Positions 28,753-37,802 are shown, numbered from the stretch's first letter. The stretch is 64,000 nucleotides of DNA from Clostridia bacterium (GCA_017397655.1 JAFQIG010000056.1:6306-70305); one strand, 5' to 3'. The notes: a model not told the origin generated them from the sequence alone. Numbers and translations: made by a program.

Positions 28753-29820
28753 TTATCTATATTTTACAGGAATACCATTTTCTTTTGCAGCAATATCCGC
28801 AAAGGAGCCTTCTTCTGTTGTGATTGTAAGGTTGTTACATCCTGAAAAGGCACCGTGATCTATGCGTGTTACACTTGCAGGGATGTATATGTTTTCAAGC
28901 CTTTTGCAGTTACGGAATGCGAATCTTCCGATACTCGTCACCCCGTCGGGAATATTAACAGCTATCAACCGATTACATTCTGCAAAGGCAAGATCACGAA
29001 TCTGCTCGATTGTGCTCGGAAGAATGATCTCTGTAAGGTTTTTGCATCCATAATAACAACTTTCACCTATCCATTCTGTACCTTCCGGAAGATTTGCAGA
29101 CTCGATTTTTACACAGTTTTCAAAAAACGAGGTTGTTTGTATTTTTGCCTCTTCACACAAAAACTCAATACCCAAAAGGTTGCGACACCCCGAAAACATA
29201 CTTCCACTTATTTCTTTCAGCTCTTTCGGCAATTTGATTTCTTTCAAACCCGAACAACCATTAAAAGCCGATTCAATATATCTCAGGCTGTCGGGCAATT
29301 CAATTGATTCCAATGAATTGCAATTGCGGAAACCGCCTTTCAGAACCTTAAGATTTTCCGACAGAACAACATCATCAAGCAAGCGACAATTGATAAAAGC
29401 GTATGTATCAATAATCTGTACGGTATCGGGAACGATTACGCTTTTAATCCAGAGCTTGCTGTCAAAACAGTTTTTCGCAAGCATAAAAACGTAATAACCG
29501 TTGATCTTAAAAGGAATGTCTATATAGGCATCTTTTCCCACATATTCTTCAATAACGGCTGTTCCGTTCTCGTAACCGCTGTATGAAAAGCTGTTACAGA
29601 TACCTCTTATAACAGGCTCGTTCTCTTCGTAATAGCAATAATATCCCTTACCGTCTGATGTGATGGATTCATAAACGAGATTGCAGTATTGAATTGCCTG
29701 TCCGTATTCATAGGCAGATTTTGACACCGTGTCAGAGCAAGCTCCCAATCCCAGAACCGACATAACTGTCAGAACAACCGTTACAAGTAAATTTAACAAT
29801 TTTCCTGTTACGTTTTTCAT
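28753..29820 (-). CDS. BspA-type leucine-rich-repeat lipoprotein; candidate immunity or partner of the RHS toxin
   Basis: The ATG at 29820 overlaps the RHS stop (ATGA). Signal peptide with lipobox LGLGAC. Repeated ..I.IP..V..I...AF..C..L.. LRR_5-like units. Confidence 0.75.
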   Translation of the reverse strand: MKNVTGKLLNLLVTVVLTVMSVLGLGACSDTVSKSAYEYGQAIQYCNLVYESITSDGKGYYCYYEENEPVIRGICNSFSYSGYENGTAVIEEYVGKDAYIDIPFKINGYYVFMLAKNCFDSKLWIKSVIVPDTVQIIDTYAFINCRLLDDVVLSENLKVLKGGFRNCNSLESIELPDSLRYIESAFNGCSGLKEIKLPKELKEISGSMFSGCRNLLGIEFLCEEAKIQTTSFFENCVKIESANLPEGTEWIGESCYYGCKNLTEIILPSTIEQIRDLAFAECNRLIAVNIPDGVTSIGRFAFRNCKRLENIYIPASVTRIDHGAFSGCNNLTITTEEGSFADIAAKENGIPVKYR

Positions 29821-32800
29821 ATTAAATCCCCCCATGGATAGTATTGTCCGATATATGTTTGATCATATTCTTCCTCCGGAGTAGGCATCCATAAAATGTG
29901 AACCACCGAATCGTTTGGTGCAACAACATAGTGATAATATCCGTCAGTTCGATTCCCATCTATATTAGTCACAAATTTATTTGCCAATTCTGTAGTTTTA
30001 AAATCAATCCGTGCAGCCATAATAAGATTAGGTTTTACAAACGGCAACCAATAATATGGATTGGGAGAATATAAAAATCCAGTAAGCCACCAATGACCAT
30101 CTTCATTTGTACTAATATCAAAAAGTTTATCAACGCTGATTTTCCCTTCTGATGTTTTGCCAGATTCGATTAAAAGCGAAAAATTCATAACGAACAATTC
30201 ATCTTCTAAACAATCATATTTGGTAAAAAAAATTAAAAACTTGCTCTTATTTTTATAGAAACCAATTTCTCCACCAAAAGAAATGCCATACGCGCCTTTC
30301 CACAATTCAATTCTCCAATCTTCGCCAGAATAGCTAAACTCGCTAATAAGACAATCAATTCTAATATTAAGCAGTATAGCTGTATCATCAAAAATATCTG
30401 AATATCCAAACGCTTTTTGCCAAGGATCTAAAACAGTTGACCACGGTGTCAGAAACCAATGAATAATATTGTTAGATGGATGATAAAATCCTAAAATACC
30501 TTTTCCGTTTATGTCTGACAATTGACCAGTCTTATCAGTATACAAAATCGGATTATTTTCACAATAAGCAAAAACATTAGATCCGTTTATTCCATTTTGC
30601 TTATCAATAAAAACATCAGTATTCAAAAATCTTCCCCACTGAGGATTATAATACCTACTACCAGTATAATACAGACCAGTCTCTAAATCATAGTAATAAC
30701 CTCTATATGTCGCAGGATTAAAATTAATTGCCAGTATACTTGCAGGAGAGCACTCTTCGGAATATAGATCAAACGACATATTGCCCCAAGCATCATATAA
30801 ATATGAAACCAAAGGCGTACCCTCAGAATTTACTATTTTTATTACGTCTCCTAAAAGGTTTTTTATGTAATAATAGTTTTCATTCAAAAAATTAAAACCA
30901 ATTATGCTACCCGTTTCATCATACATTAAAGAAACAACATATTCTTCATCACCTATTTGAATACTATACCTTAACAATTCACCATCGTCCGACCAAGAGT
31001 ATTTATAAACCCAATCATTTTCATTATCAAAATTAACCTGTTTCATTATACGATAACCATCTTCATTATAACGAAAATCAATATTTTTTTCATTTTCTAC
31101 ATCTCTATAATTCCACAATTCTCGCCCATACCACTCTAAATTTACTGTGCTCTGCATTTGCGCATTATTAAATGTTATTGGATTACCGATAGCATCGTAA
31201 ACAATAGGAGTATTATCAAAGTTTATCAACTTGTCTCGCCAAGCATCATCGTATACATAAAGCGTTGTTTTAATCTCGTTATCAAGTGATTCTGTCGAGA
31301 AAGGAAACTCTGTTTTTGATGCAATATTGCCACCCTTATCATATTGATAAACAATACTTTTCAATAAAAGCACGTTATCTTCTCGAACCAATTGATTTGC
31401 TTCATCATATCTATATCTTGCTAATAATTGTTCTATTTGCTGAGACGTATCATAAATTTCAGTAATATCTCCTCGATTATTATATACGTATCTGTAGGAT
31501 TCAGTCGCTAGAGTTGAATTGCCATTTGAAATTGATGTTGAATATGACTCTACATAAGTACCTGCTGTATTCTCCGTATCATTAAACCCATTTTCTGTTA
31601 TATGTTGAACTATCAAATTGTTATCCTTATCATAAAACGATACTCCTTTTTGTGTTATCCTGTTAAATGGATCTACAACAGCATATCTTTCCGTTTTTCC
31701 ATCAGAATAAATAGTGGTTGTAGATCCCTTTGTTTCACCCGTAACAAAATCATACTCTTCCTCATTACTCGTTGTTATATATGTTTTTCCATAAAGAACA
31801 TCCGTAATAGCACCGCTATCGGGATCCACAGCATATGACTGAATTGTTCCTGATTGATTAGAGAGAACATAGCCGTTTTCTGTATAAGTTTTTGTTTCAC
31901 CCGTTAATACATCTGTTTTTGAAATAATATTGCCCTCTTCATCTCTTAAGTATGTATGCATAGGAGAATAAGTGCCATTTTCATCTTGATATTTAATTTC
32001 TGTTTTCTGTCCATTTATGTCATAACAGAAAACAATCTTGTCACCGTTACCGTAACAAACTTCATCAATATTATCATCTTGATTATAATAGTATTTTACT
32101 AAAGTATAGTCTTCAACTAAATGTTCCTTAGTATTCTCTTCCTCGTCATATAAAATTGAATATAAAGTATCGTTTCTTTCTATAGCATATACCGTACCAT
32201 CTTCTTCACAATAGTATCGTACTTCCATTAGATCATCATTGGTTAAATTTGACACACAAATCTCTTGTTTGGATAAGTTATCATAGCTATCATAAGAAAA
32301 CAACATATATGAATCTTCATATGCAGGATCGTCAGATTCTACATATAAATACGATACCAAATTATTTGAGTAATATGAGCAATCTATAGTATTTCCGTTT
32401 GTATCTGTAAATTCAAGAGGAAACGCTTCTCCGTTGTAAACATACGATTCCGTCATACATTTTGTACCGTCAGATATTGAATAAGAAACCAATGATCCAT
32501 TTTCATCTTCCACCTTGTTTTCTGTTCTTTTGCAAGCAACACAAGCACACACATCTTCACTCTCGCACAAACACTGACAATCTGGACCGTATGCACAATT
32601 TAGCTTGCCACAACCGCAGTAGTTACGATTATCGCACTCAACGCAATCGCACTCGTCTTCAGAAACACAGCTACATGGACAATCCGCTCCAAACATACAG
32701 TTATATCCACAAACACAAAGTGTACTTTTATAATATATTTTCAACACAGAACTGTTTATAGGAGTGTCTTCCATTGAACGTATAATGGATCTTCTCATAA

Positions 32801-34226
32801 TGCTTTCATCCGACAACGATAACATGAAACCATTATTATCATTACCGCTATACCAGCCTTTGATCAAATTATATAAATCAAAAGTATATATTATATCGTT
32901 TTCCTTAACAAACGGCTGACTGTCTTCAATAGGCATCAAAGTATATGCATTAACTTCCTGAGATACTGGTTGATTGTTCCAAGATATTGTTGATGGATTC
33001 CAACTAGAGAAATTTGATAAATCATAAACATTAAGAGAGGTATTTTGTGATGAAAAGAAGTTATAATATCTCTTCTGATAAATTTGAAATTCTGCCCCAG
33101 TTATCTCAAATTCATCCGAAAGTGTCGGAAGCAAAATCTTATAGTATCCTCTTGAACGACTATCCAGATTCTTTCCAACACCCACCTCGTCACTTGTTGA
33201 AAAATTTTGATTTTCCCATAAAGAATCGACCTCAACATCTTGAATTGATGCACTAGATACAGACAGACTAAATGTAGGATTGATAATTACCGGAAACTCT
33301 CTATTATTATCATTTATCCAATTCAGATTCGCTTGTACTTTTAGTAAACTATAATTATCCTCTTCAAGAAAAGTCATAACAACATCACTGCTATATTCGC
33401 CACTCGCATCAAACATATACGGAGAATCTATACTAAACACCATTTCTTTATTCTTCTTTGATAACAAATGGACAGACCCATCCTTTTGCGGCATAGCATA
33501 AAGACCATCCATTTTTAAAATAAATTCAAAGTTATAGCATTCTTTGCGTTCAGAAATAACTATGTATTCTTTAAGCGCTTTCGGTGTTATCATATATTCT
33601 AGATCGGTAGCATAAAAGGCATTATTATACACAACAGCGGATGTTTTATTGCTAACATAGTCCACCGATTTTTTGCTTTTCCATTCTTCAATCTTTTCTT
33701 CAACAAAAGAAAAAGGGGTTGATTTACTTCTATATTTCATTCTATATGATTGTAAATCTTCAATTTCACTTAACCTTGCATTGCTGTAAGAATCACTTTT
33801 ACCGTTGTTACTAACAGCAATGGAAATACTATATTCGTTATGTTTTAACTCAATGGGATTTTTTTGATTTAAGCATTTAGGTATAAGCACTTTTAAAGAA
33901 TTCGACTTATTCATCCAATTTTCTTGAGAATCAACAGATGATACGCTCTTTACCGGTATAAGAGTGTTATCAATCTCTTCCCATTTACCTTGTTTCATAT
34001 AGTGAACTGGTTCACTATATACTTCTGCAACATAAGAACCGTCTTCACAACGAAATTGTTTTACATACTCATCTCTAAAATCAAAAACTTCTCTCACCAA
34101 TTTTTTTGATTTATTTGATGATAAACTTTCTGCAAAAATAGACAAACCAGAAATATTAATCAAAACACAGCACAACAGAACAAAAGCCAGCACTCTTTTT
34201 ATTGCTATATTCAACTTAATTTTCAT
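29817..34226 (-). CDS. Sec-secreted RHS/YD-repeat polymorphic toxin (WapA-like) with a variable C-terminal domain
   Basis: 1469 aa with an N-terminal signal peptide and a DNRLRE-like region (..STISWNNQP..). Many YD repeats, an RHS core end ..YYTGSRYYNPQWGRFLNTD...NNPILYTDKTGQL, then a distinct tail of about 235 aa. GGAGG RBS. Confidence 0.9.
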   Translation of the reverse strand: MKIKLNIAIKRVLAFVLLCCVLINISGLSIFAESLSSNKSKKLVREVFDFRDEYVKQFRCEDGSYVAEVYSEPVHYMKQGKWEEIDNTLIPVKSVSSVDSQENWMNKSNSLKVLIPKCLNQKNPIELKHNEYSISIAVSNNGKSDSYSNARLSEIEDLQSYRMKYRSKSTPFSFVEEKIEEWKSKKSVDYVSNKTSAVVYNNAFYATDLEYMITPKALKEYIVISERKECYNFEFILKMDGLYAMPQKDGSVHLLSKKNKEMVFSIDSPYMFDASGEYSSDVVMTFLEEDNYSLLKVQANLNWINDNNREFPVIINPTFSLSVSSASIQDVEVDSLWENQNFSTSDEVGVGKNLDSRSRGYYKILLPTLSDEFEITGAEFQIYQKRYYNFFSSQNTSLNVYDLSNFSSWNPSTISWNNQPVSQEVNAYTLMPIEDSQPFVKENDIIYTFDLYNLIKGWYSGNDNNGFMLSLSDESIMRRSIIRSMEDTPINSSVLKIYYKSTLCVCGYNCMFGADCPCSCVSEDECDCVECDNRNYCGCGKLNCAYGPDCQCLCESEDVCACVACKRTENKVEDENGSLVSYSISDGTKCMTESYVYNGEAFPLEFTDTNGNTIDCSYYSNNLVSYLYVESDDPAYEDSYMLFSYDSYDNLSKQEICVSNLTNDDLMEVRYYCEEDGTVYAIERNDTLYSILYDEEENTKEHLVEDYTLVKYYYNQDDNIDEVCYGNGDKIVFCYDINGQKTEIKYQDENGTYSPMHTYLRDEEGNIISKTDVLTGETKTYTENGYVLSNQSGTIQSYAVDPDSGAITDVLYGKTYITTSNEEEYDFVTGETKGSTTTIYSDGKTERYAVVDPFNRITQKGVSFYDKDNNLIVQHITENGFNDTENTAGTYVESYSTSISNGNSTLATESYRYVYNNRGDITEIYDTSQQIEQLLARYRYDEANQLVREDNVLLLKSIVYQYDKGGNIASKTEFPFSTESLDNEIKTTLYVYDDAWRDKLINFDNTPIVYDAIGNPITFNNAQMQSTVNLEWYGRELWNYRDVENEKNIDFRYNEDGYRIMKQVNFDNENDWVYKYSWSDDGELLRYSIQIGDEEYVVSLMYDETGSIIGFNFLNENYYYIKNLLGDVIKIVNSEGTPLVSYLYDAWGNMSFDLYSEECSPASILAINFNPATYRGYYYDLETGLYYTGSRYYNPQWGRFLNTDVFIDKQNGINGSNVFAYCENNPILYTDKTGQLSDINGKGILGFYHPSNNIIHWFLTPWSTVLDPWQKAFGYSDIFDDTAILLNIRIDCLISEFSYSGEDWRIELWKGAYGISFGGEIGFYKNKSKFLIFFTKYDCLEDELFVMNFSLLIESGKTSEGKISVDKLFDISTNEDGHWWLTGFLYSPNPYYWLPFVKPNLIMAARIDFKTTELANKFVTNIDGNRTDGYYHYVVAPNDSVVHILWMPTPEEEYDQTYIGQYYPWGDLI

Positions 34227-34333
34227 ACCATTACCTCCTAAAAGTTTTCTTTTATCATCATTCGAAAGTCAAAACGTTCTTAGATATTCTTAAACAGGCA
34301 ATCTTTTTTCATTACAAACACAATTCTTAAAAA

Positions 34334-34756
34334 TCAGTTTTTAGCATTGCTCACAAAGCATAATAAAAACAAACAAAATCCGCTACCATATACCACAGGA
34401 GCCAGAAGAGCGATTACCGGAAATGAAGTCAAAGAAAATATCAGCCTCAGACTCAGCAGCTCAAACGGAATCAGTTTCACGCCGATCAGCACGGCAACTA
34501 TCATTAATGTTGACATCACCGTACATCTCATTTCCGTTGATGCGTGCACTCCGCCGGAATATCTTCGCAGGAGGTTGAAGGCGAGAAAGAACGCCAAGGC
34601 AGCCGTCATACTTTTCAGTATGCAGCCGCAAAGGACACAAACGGTAAGATAATACGCTTGTGATACGAGATTAAAGAGGACAACATATTCCATAACATCC
34701 TCTTCAATCCCGTTCAGTTTAATTTTCCCCGATAGAAACCGAGCTATACGACTCAT
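34334..34756 (-). pseudogene. agrB: 3'-truncated agrB copy (first ~123 aa conserved, then unrelated 17-aa tail)
   Basis: 140-aa ORF identical to the full-length AgrB up to ..LLAPV except for one inserted Val and two substitutions. It lacks the C-terminal TM segments. Confidence 0.75.
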
Positions 34757-34766
34757 TCGTCTCTCA
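34394..34766. repeat. Direct repeat copy 2 (agrB 5' region; partner at 28276-28644)
   Basis: See copy 1. Confidence 0.9.
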
Positions 34767-34878
34767 TGCTGCGGGGCATCTCGGGCTGATACATCCAGAT
34801 AGATGTTGCCGAGTTAATCTGGCTCTTTGACAAAAGATTCAATGCAGCCTTAAGTGCCTTAATAATCAAGCCGATCAT
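34753..34878 (-). CDS. agrD: AgrD-like autoinducing peptide precursor (41 aa, Cys-free)
   Basis: Not in the track because it is under 60 aa. Translation by eye gives MIGLIIKALKAALNLLSKSQINSATSIWMYQPEMPRSMRDE. GAGGAG RBS 6 nt upstream; stop overlaps the agrB ATG (ATGA). Amphipathic N-terminus plus a QPE.P.S.RDE tail as in clostridial AgrD. Confidence 0.75.
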   Translation of the reverse strand: MIGLIIKALKAALNLLSKSQINSATSIWMYQPEMPRSMRDE

Positions 34879-34940
34879 ACTTTCACTCCTCTCTTTTTTT
34901 CGTCACGATACACCACTTTTACAAAAAAATCAATGCAGAA

Positions 34941-34969
34941 TGCAAAATCGTTCGAAAAACGTGCAAAAT
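34941..34969. promoter_or_regulatory. Candidate LytTR-regulator binding repeats upstream of agrD
   Basis: TGCAAAAT at 34941 and again at 34962 (21-bp periodicity), immediately upstream of a possible TTGATT-17-TATCGT promoter for agrD. Confidence 0.3.
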
Positions 34970-35100
34970 TGTACTTTTTCCCAATTACAATTAATTTTTT
35001 CTAAAAAATATTGATAATTCCAAATTTCATTGATATAATAAATTGAATTTTGTTCTAAAGCGATTTTTGAAATGTTACCATTAATAGGGGGTAATTAATT

Positions 35101-35439
35101 TTGTATGAAAAAAGCAATGCAGTTGTTATCGGTCTTCGGATAATGCAACGAAGAAAGGCGCTGGGAATAACGCAGGCTGAGCTTGCCGAAACCATCGGCG
35201 TATGTGACAATCAGATATCAAATATCGAAAACGGAAAATGTTTTTTGCGTATGAGCAGCTTTCTGAAAATATGCGATGCACTGGACTGCACCACAGACTA
35301 TCTCTGCTCCGGCATGGTCAAAGATGATCTGCAGGATAACCTTGTCGATCTTTTATCTTTATTATCTGCCGAGGAGCAAAAAACCGTATGGAAATTGCTT
35401 GACGCTTATATTCACCGTGAGGATAACACTCTTGTATAA
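35101..35439 (+). CDS. XRE-family HTH transcriptional regulator
   Basis: IGLRIMQRRKALGITQAELAETIGVCDNQISNIENGK classic HTH_3. TTG start; an ATG at 35143 is the alternative. Confidence 0.75.
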   Translation: MYEKSNAVVIGLRIMQRRKALGITQAELAETIGVCDNQISNIENGKCFLRMSSFLKICDALDCTTDYLCSGMVKDDLQDNLVDLLSLLSAEEQKTVWKLLDAYIHREDNTLV

Positions 35440-35471
35440 CTGATTTATAATTTGTTTCATTTTTTATTCGG

Positions 35472-36176
35472 GTGATCAATTTGAAAATTCTGATTTGTGA
35501 TGACGAAAAAGTATACGTTGATACCATCAGCACAAATATATACTATTATTTTGACAACAAACAAATCCCATATTCCGTAAGCACTTTCACAGACAGTTCC
35601 GAGATCTTCAGAAACAACGAAAAATATGACATAGCTTTTCTGGATATTGAAATGAAGCCGAAAAACGGTATTGAGATAGCGAGTGAATTAAAAAGAATCA
35701 ATCCGCATACGATCATCTTTATCATCACTTCACACAACAAATATCTGGACGACGCTATGGATCTTCAGGTTTTCCGCTATATTCAAAAGCCGATTAACAT
35801 AGGTCGGATGTTTGCAGGTCTTGACAAAGCGCTTGAAAGGCTGAAAAATACATCTGTTCAGTTTTATCTTTCGGAAAAACCGTCATATGTCCGCGTTTGT
35901 TCCGATGACATAATCTATATAGAGATCGTCAACCGCAAAACAAATGTTGTTACCTTTGACAACACATATGTTTCTGCACTTTCTATCAAGGAATGGATGG
36001 AAAAGCTTCCGAAGGGCTCTTTTTATCCCGTTCATACCAGCTTTATTGTCAATCTCAAACACATAACGGCATATTCCCGCGAATCGGTTGTTATGGACAA
36101 TCGGTTTACCATACCGATTTCTAATAAAAATAAAACTGAATTCAGAACATTCTTTTTACATTTCAACAGAAAATAA
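35472..36176 (+). CDS. LytTR-family response regulator (AgrA-like)
   Basis: Receiver domain (KILICDDE...DIAFLDIEM) plus a C-terminal LytTR DNA-binding domain (..IIYIEIVNRKTNVVT...HTSFIVNLKHI). Confidence 0.88.
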   Translation: MINLKILICDDEKVYVDTISTNIYYYFDNKQIPYSVSTFTDSSEIFRNNEKYDIAFLDIEMKPKNGIEIASELKRINPHTIIFIITSHNKYLDDAMDLQVFRYIQKPINIGRMFAGLDKALERLKNTSVQFYLSEKPSYVRVCSDDIIYIEIVNRKTNVVTFDNTYVSALSIKEWMEKLPKGSFYPVHTSFIVNLKHITAYSRESVVMDNRFTIPISNKNKTEFRTFFLHFNRK

Positions 36177-36219
36177 AATACAATAACCGAAACTTCTTTT
36201 GAAAGACGTGATATGATCA

Positions 36220-37506
36220 ATGACTCAACATCTGGTTTCTGTCGGTGCATTTATTGTTGAATGGTGGATCGTCTTTTTATACTTTAACAACATTTTTGAG
36301 AACAAAAGGCCGAAACACACAACAGCGCTTGCCGGTCTCGGATTATACGCTGTCCCGACAATAGTATTCATTCTTTTCGGAATACCGGTTGTCAACACCT
36401 TATTGCTTATTGTTATAAACTGTATTTATGCATTCTGCTTTTACAAAGCTTCGCTGATAAAAAGCATTGTTGCATCCGCTACATACATAGCGCTGATGAT
36501 GGCATCCGAGTTTATTGTAATGATTCTTCTGTCACTGATTACAAACGGCGACATCAACCAATACATCTCATCGGAACCCGTCTATGCGCTTTCCACTACA
36601 ATATCAAAAACGTTGCTTTTGTTCCTGAGTATTTTTGTTGCACGGTTTCTTTTCTCACGCAAAAGCGCATCTACGGACAAAACTCCTGCGTTTCTTTTTA
36701 TCTTTCCGCTGTCAGCCATATTTATTGACCTATCGTTCTGGAGAATCGCTTCGACAATCGAGCTTGAATCCGAAACAAAGATCATCATAAGTGCCGGAAG
36801 CGTGGTTCTTCTTATATCCGTCCTTTTCACCTATGTGTTCTACGGCAATGCCATGCGCAAAAACAGCGAGCTTTTTCAGCTGCAGAGCGCTTTTGAAAGA
36901 AGCGAAACCGAGAGGAAATACTATTCCATCCTTGACAAGCAGAACGAAGAACTGCGTTCGTTTATACACGATGAAAAAAATCATCTGACTGCAATCAAGG
37001 TAATGTCTGACGATCCTGAGATACATAATTATATTGACAGCATCATAGGTGATCTGAACCGGTCCACACCTCTCGGAAATACAAAGAACAAAACGCTTGA
37101 TCTGATTATCGGGAAGTACAACTATCTGTGTAACATAAAACAAATCAACTTTACATATTCAACACCCACTGCAAATCTTTTGTTTATAAACGACAGTGAC
37201 CTCGTCTCTATGATGAGTAATATTCTCGACAATGCTGTTGAAGCATCGGAAAATGCCGACGATAAATGGATTGATATGTATATAGAGCGTGTCGGCGGTG
37301 TCACTCTGTTCACCTGCGATAATTCGTGTGCCACAGCTCCGATAATCCTTAACGGCACTCTCAAATCCTCAAAAGAAAACAAAAAGCTTCACGGTATCGG
37401 AATGAAAAGTATTGCCCGTACCTGTGAAAAGTACAATGCTCAGCTTGAATGGAATTACAATGAAGACAACAAAGTTTTCTCCGTCAATATTCTGTTCAGA
37501 GAATAA
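36220..37506 (+). CDS. AgrC-like (HPK10) membrane sensor histidine kinase
   Basis: About six N-terminal TM segments; H-box FIHDEKNHLTAIK; GHKL ATPase N-box ILDNAVEAS and G-box HGIGMKSI. Confidence 0.8.
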   Translation: MTQHLVSVGAFIVEWWIVFLYFNNIFENKRPKHTTALAGLGLYAVPTIVFILFGIPVVNTLLLIVINCIYAFCFYKASLIKSIVASATYIALMMASEFIVMILLSLITNGDINQYISSEPVYALSTTISKTLLLFLSIFVARFLFSRKSASTDKTPAFLFIFPLSAIFIDLSFWRIASTIELESETKIIISAGSVVLLISVLFTYVFYGNAMRKNSELFQLQSAFERSETERKYYSILDKQNEELRSFIHDEKNHLTAIKVMSDDPEIHNYIDSIIGDLNRSTPLGNTKNKTLDLIIGKYNYLCNIKQINFTYSTPTANLLFINDSDLVSMMSNILDNAVEASENADDKWIDMYIERVGGVTLFTCDNSCATAPIILNGTLKSSKENKKLHGIGMKSIARTCEKYNAQLEWNYNEDNKVFSVNILFRE

Positions 37507-37522
37507 GGCTGTATATAAAATG

Positions 37523-37552
37523 AACCACCTTCGCCAAAAAACGAAGGTGGTT
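37523..37552 (+). terminator. Intrinsic terminator after the kinase gene
   Basis: AACCACCUUCG-8 nt-CGAAGGUGGUU followed by UUGCUUG. Confidence 0.7.
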
Positions 37553-37689
37553 TTGCTTGTCGAAAAAATATTTTTTCGGCAAGCAGGGAGACTTCGAGAA
37601 AGGTGACGGGATGGCGTGTTCTTTGCCCCGAAGCTGTACAAAGGTACTGCGAGAGGGCAAAAACACGACAAACGCACATTAATAATTAC

Positions 37690-37800
37690 CAAAAGATTCT
37701 TCTTCCTTCGCCTCAGAATGACACGATCGGTTTTCCTCTTACAAATTCCGATTGCTTTTTTATAACAATGTGCGTGTTCCCGGTGCATTTATCGACAGTC
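37690..37800 (-). repeat. Interspersed non-coding element of ~110 nt, copy A (partner 48811-48925 on +)
   Basis: Minus strand GATAAATGCACCGGGAACACGCACATTGTTATAAA...TGTCATTCTGAGGCGAAGGAAGAAGAATCTT, compared with plus strand GATAAAGGCAACGGGAACACGCACATTATTACAAA...TGTCATCCTGAAGCGAAGAATCTT. Confidence 0.7.
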
Positions 37801-37802
37801 TG

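Noticed and set aside
37369-37788. 139-aa minus-strand ORF in the agrC/hsdR intergenic region
   Set aside because: It overlaps the kinase 3' end and runs through hairpins and the interspersed repeat. It has no RBS and a highly basic junk-like sequence.
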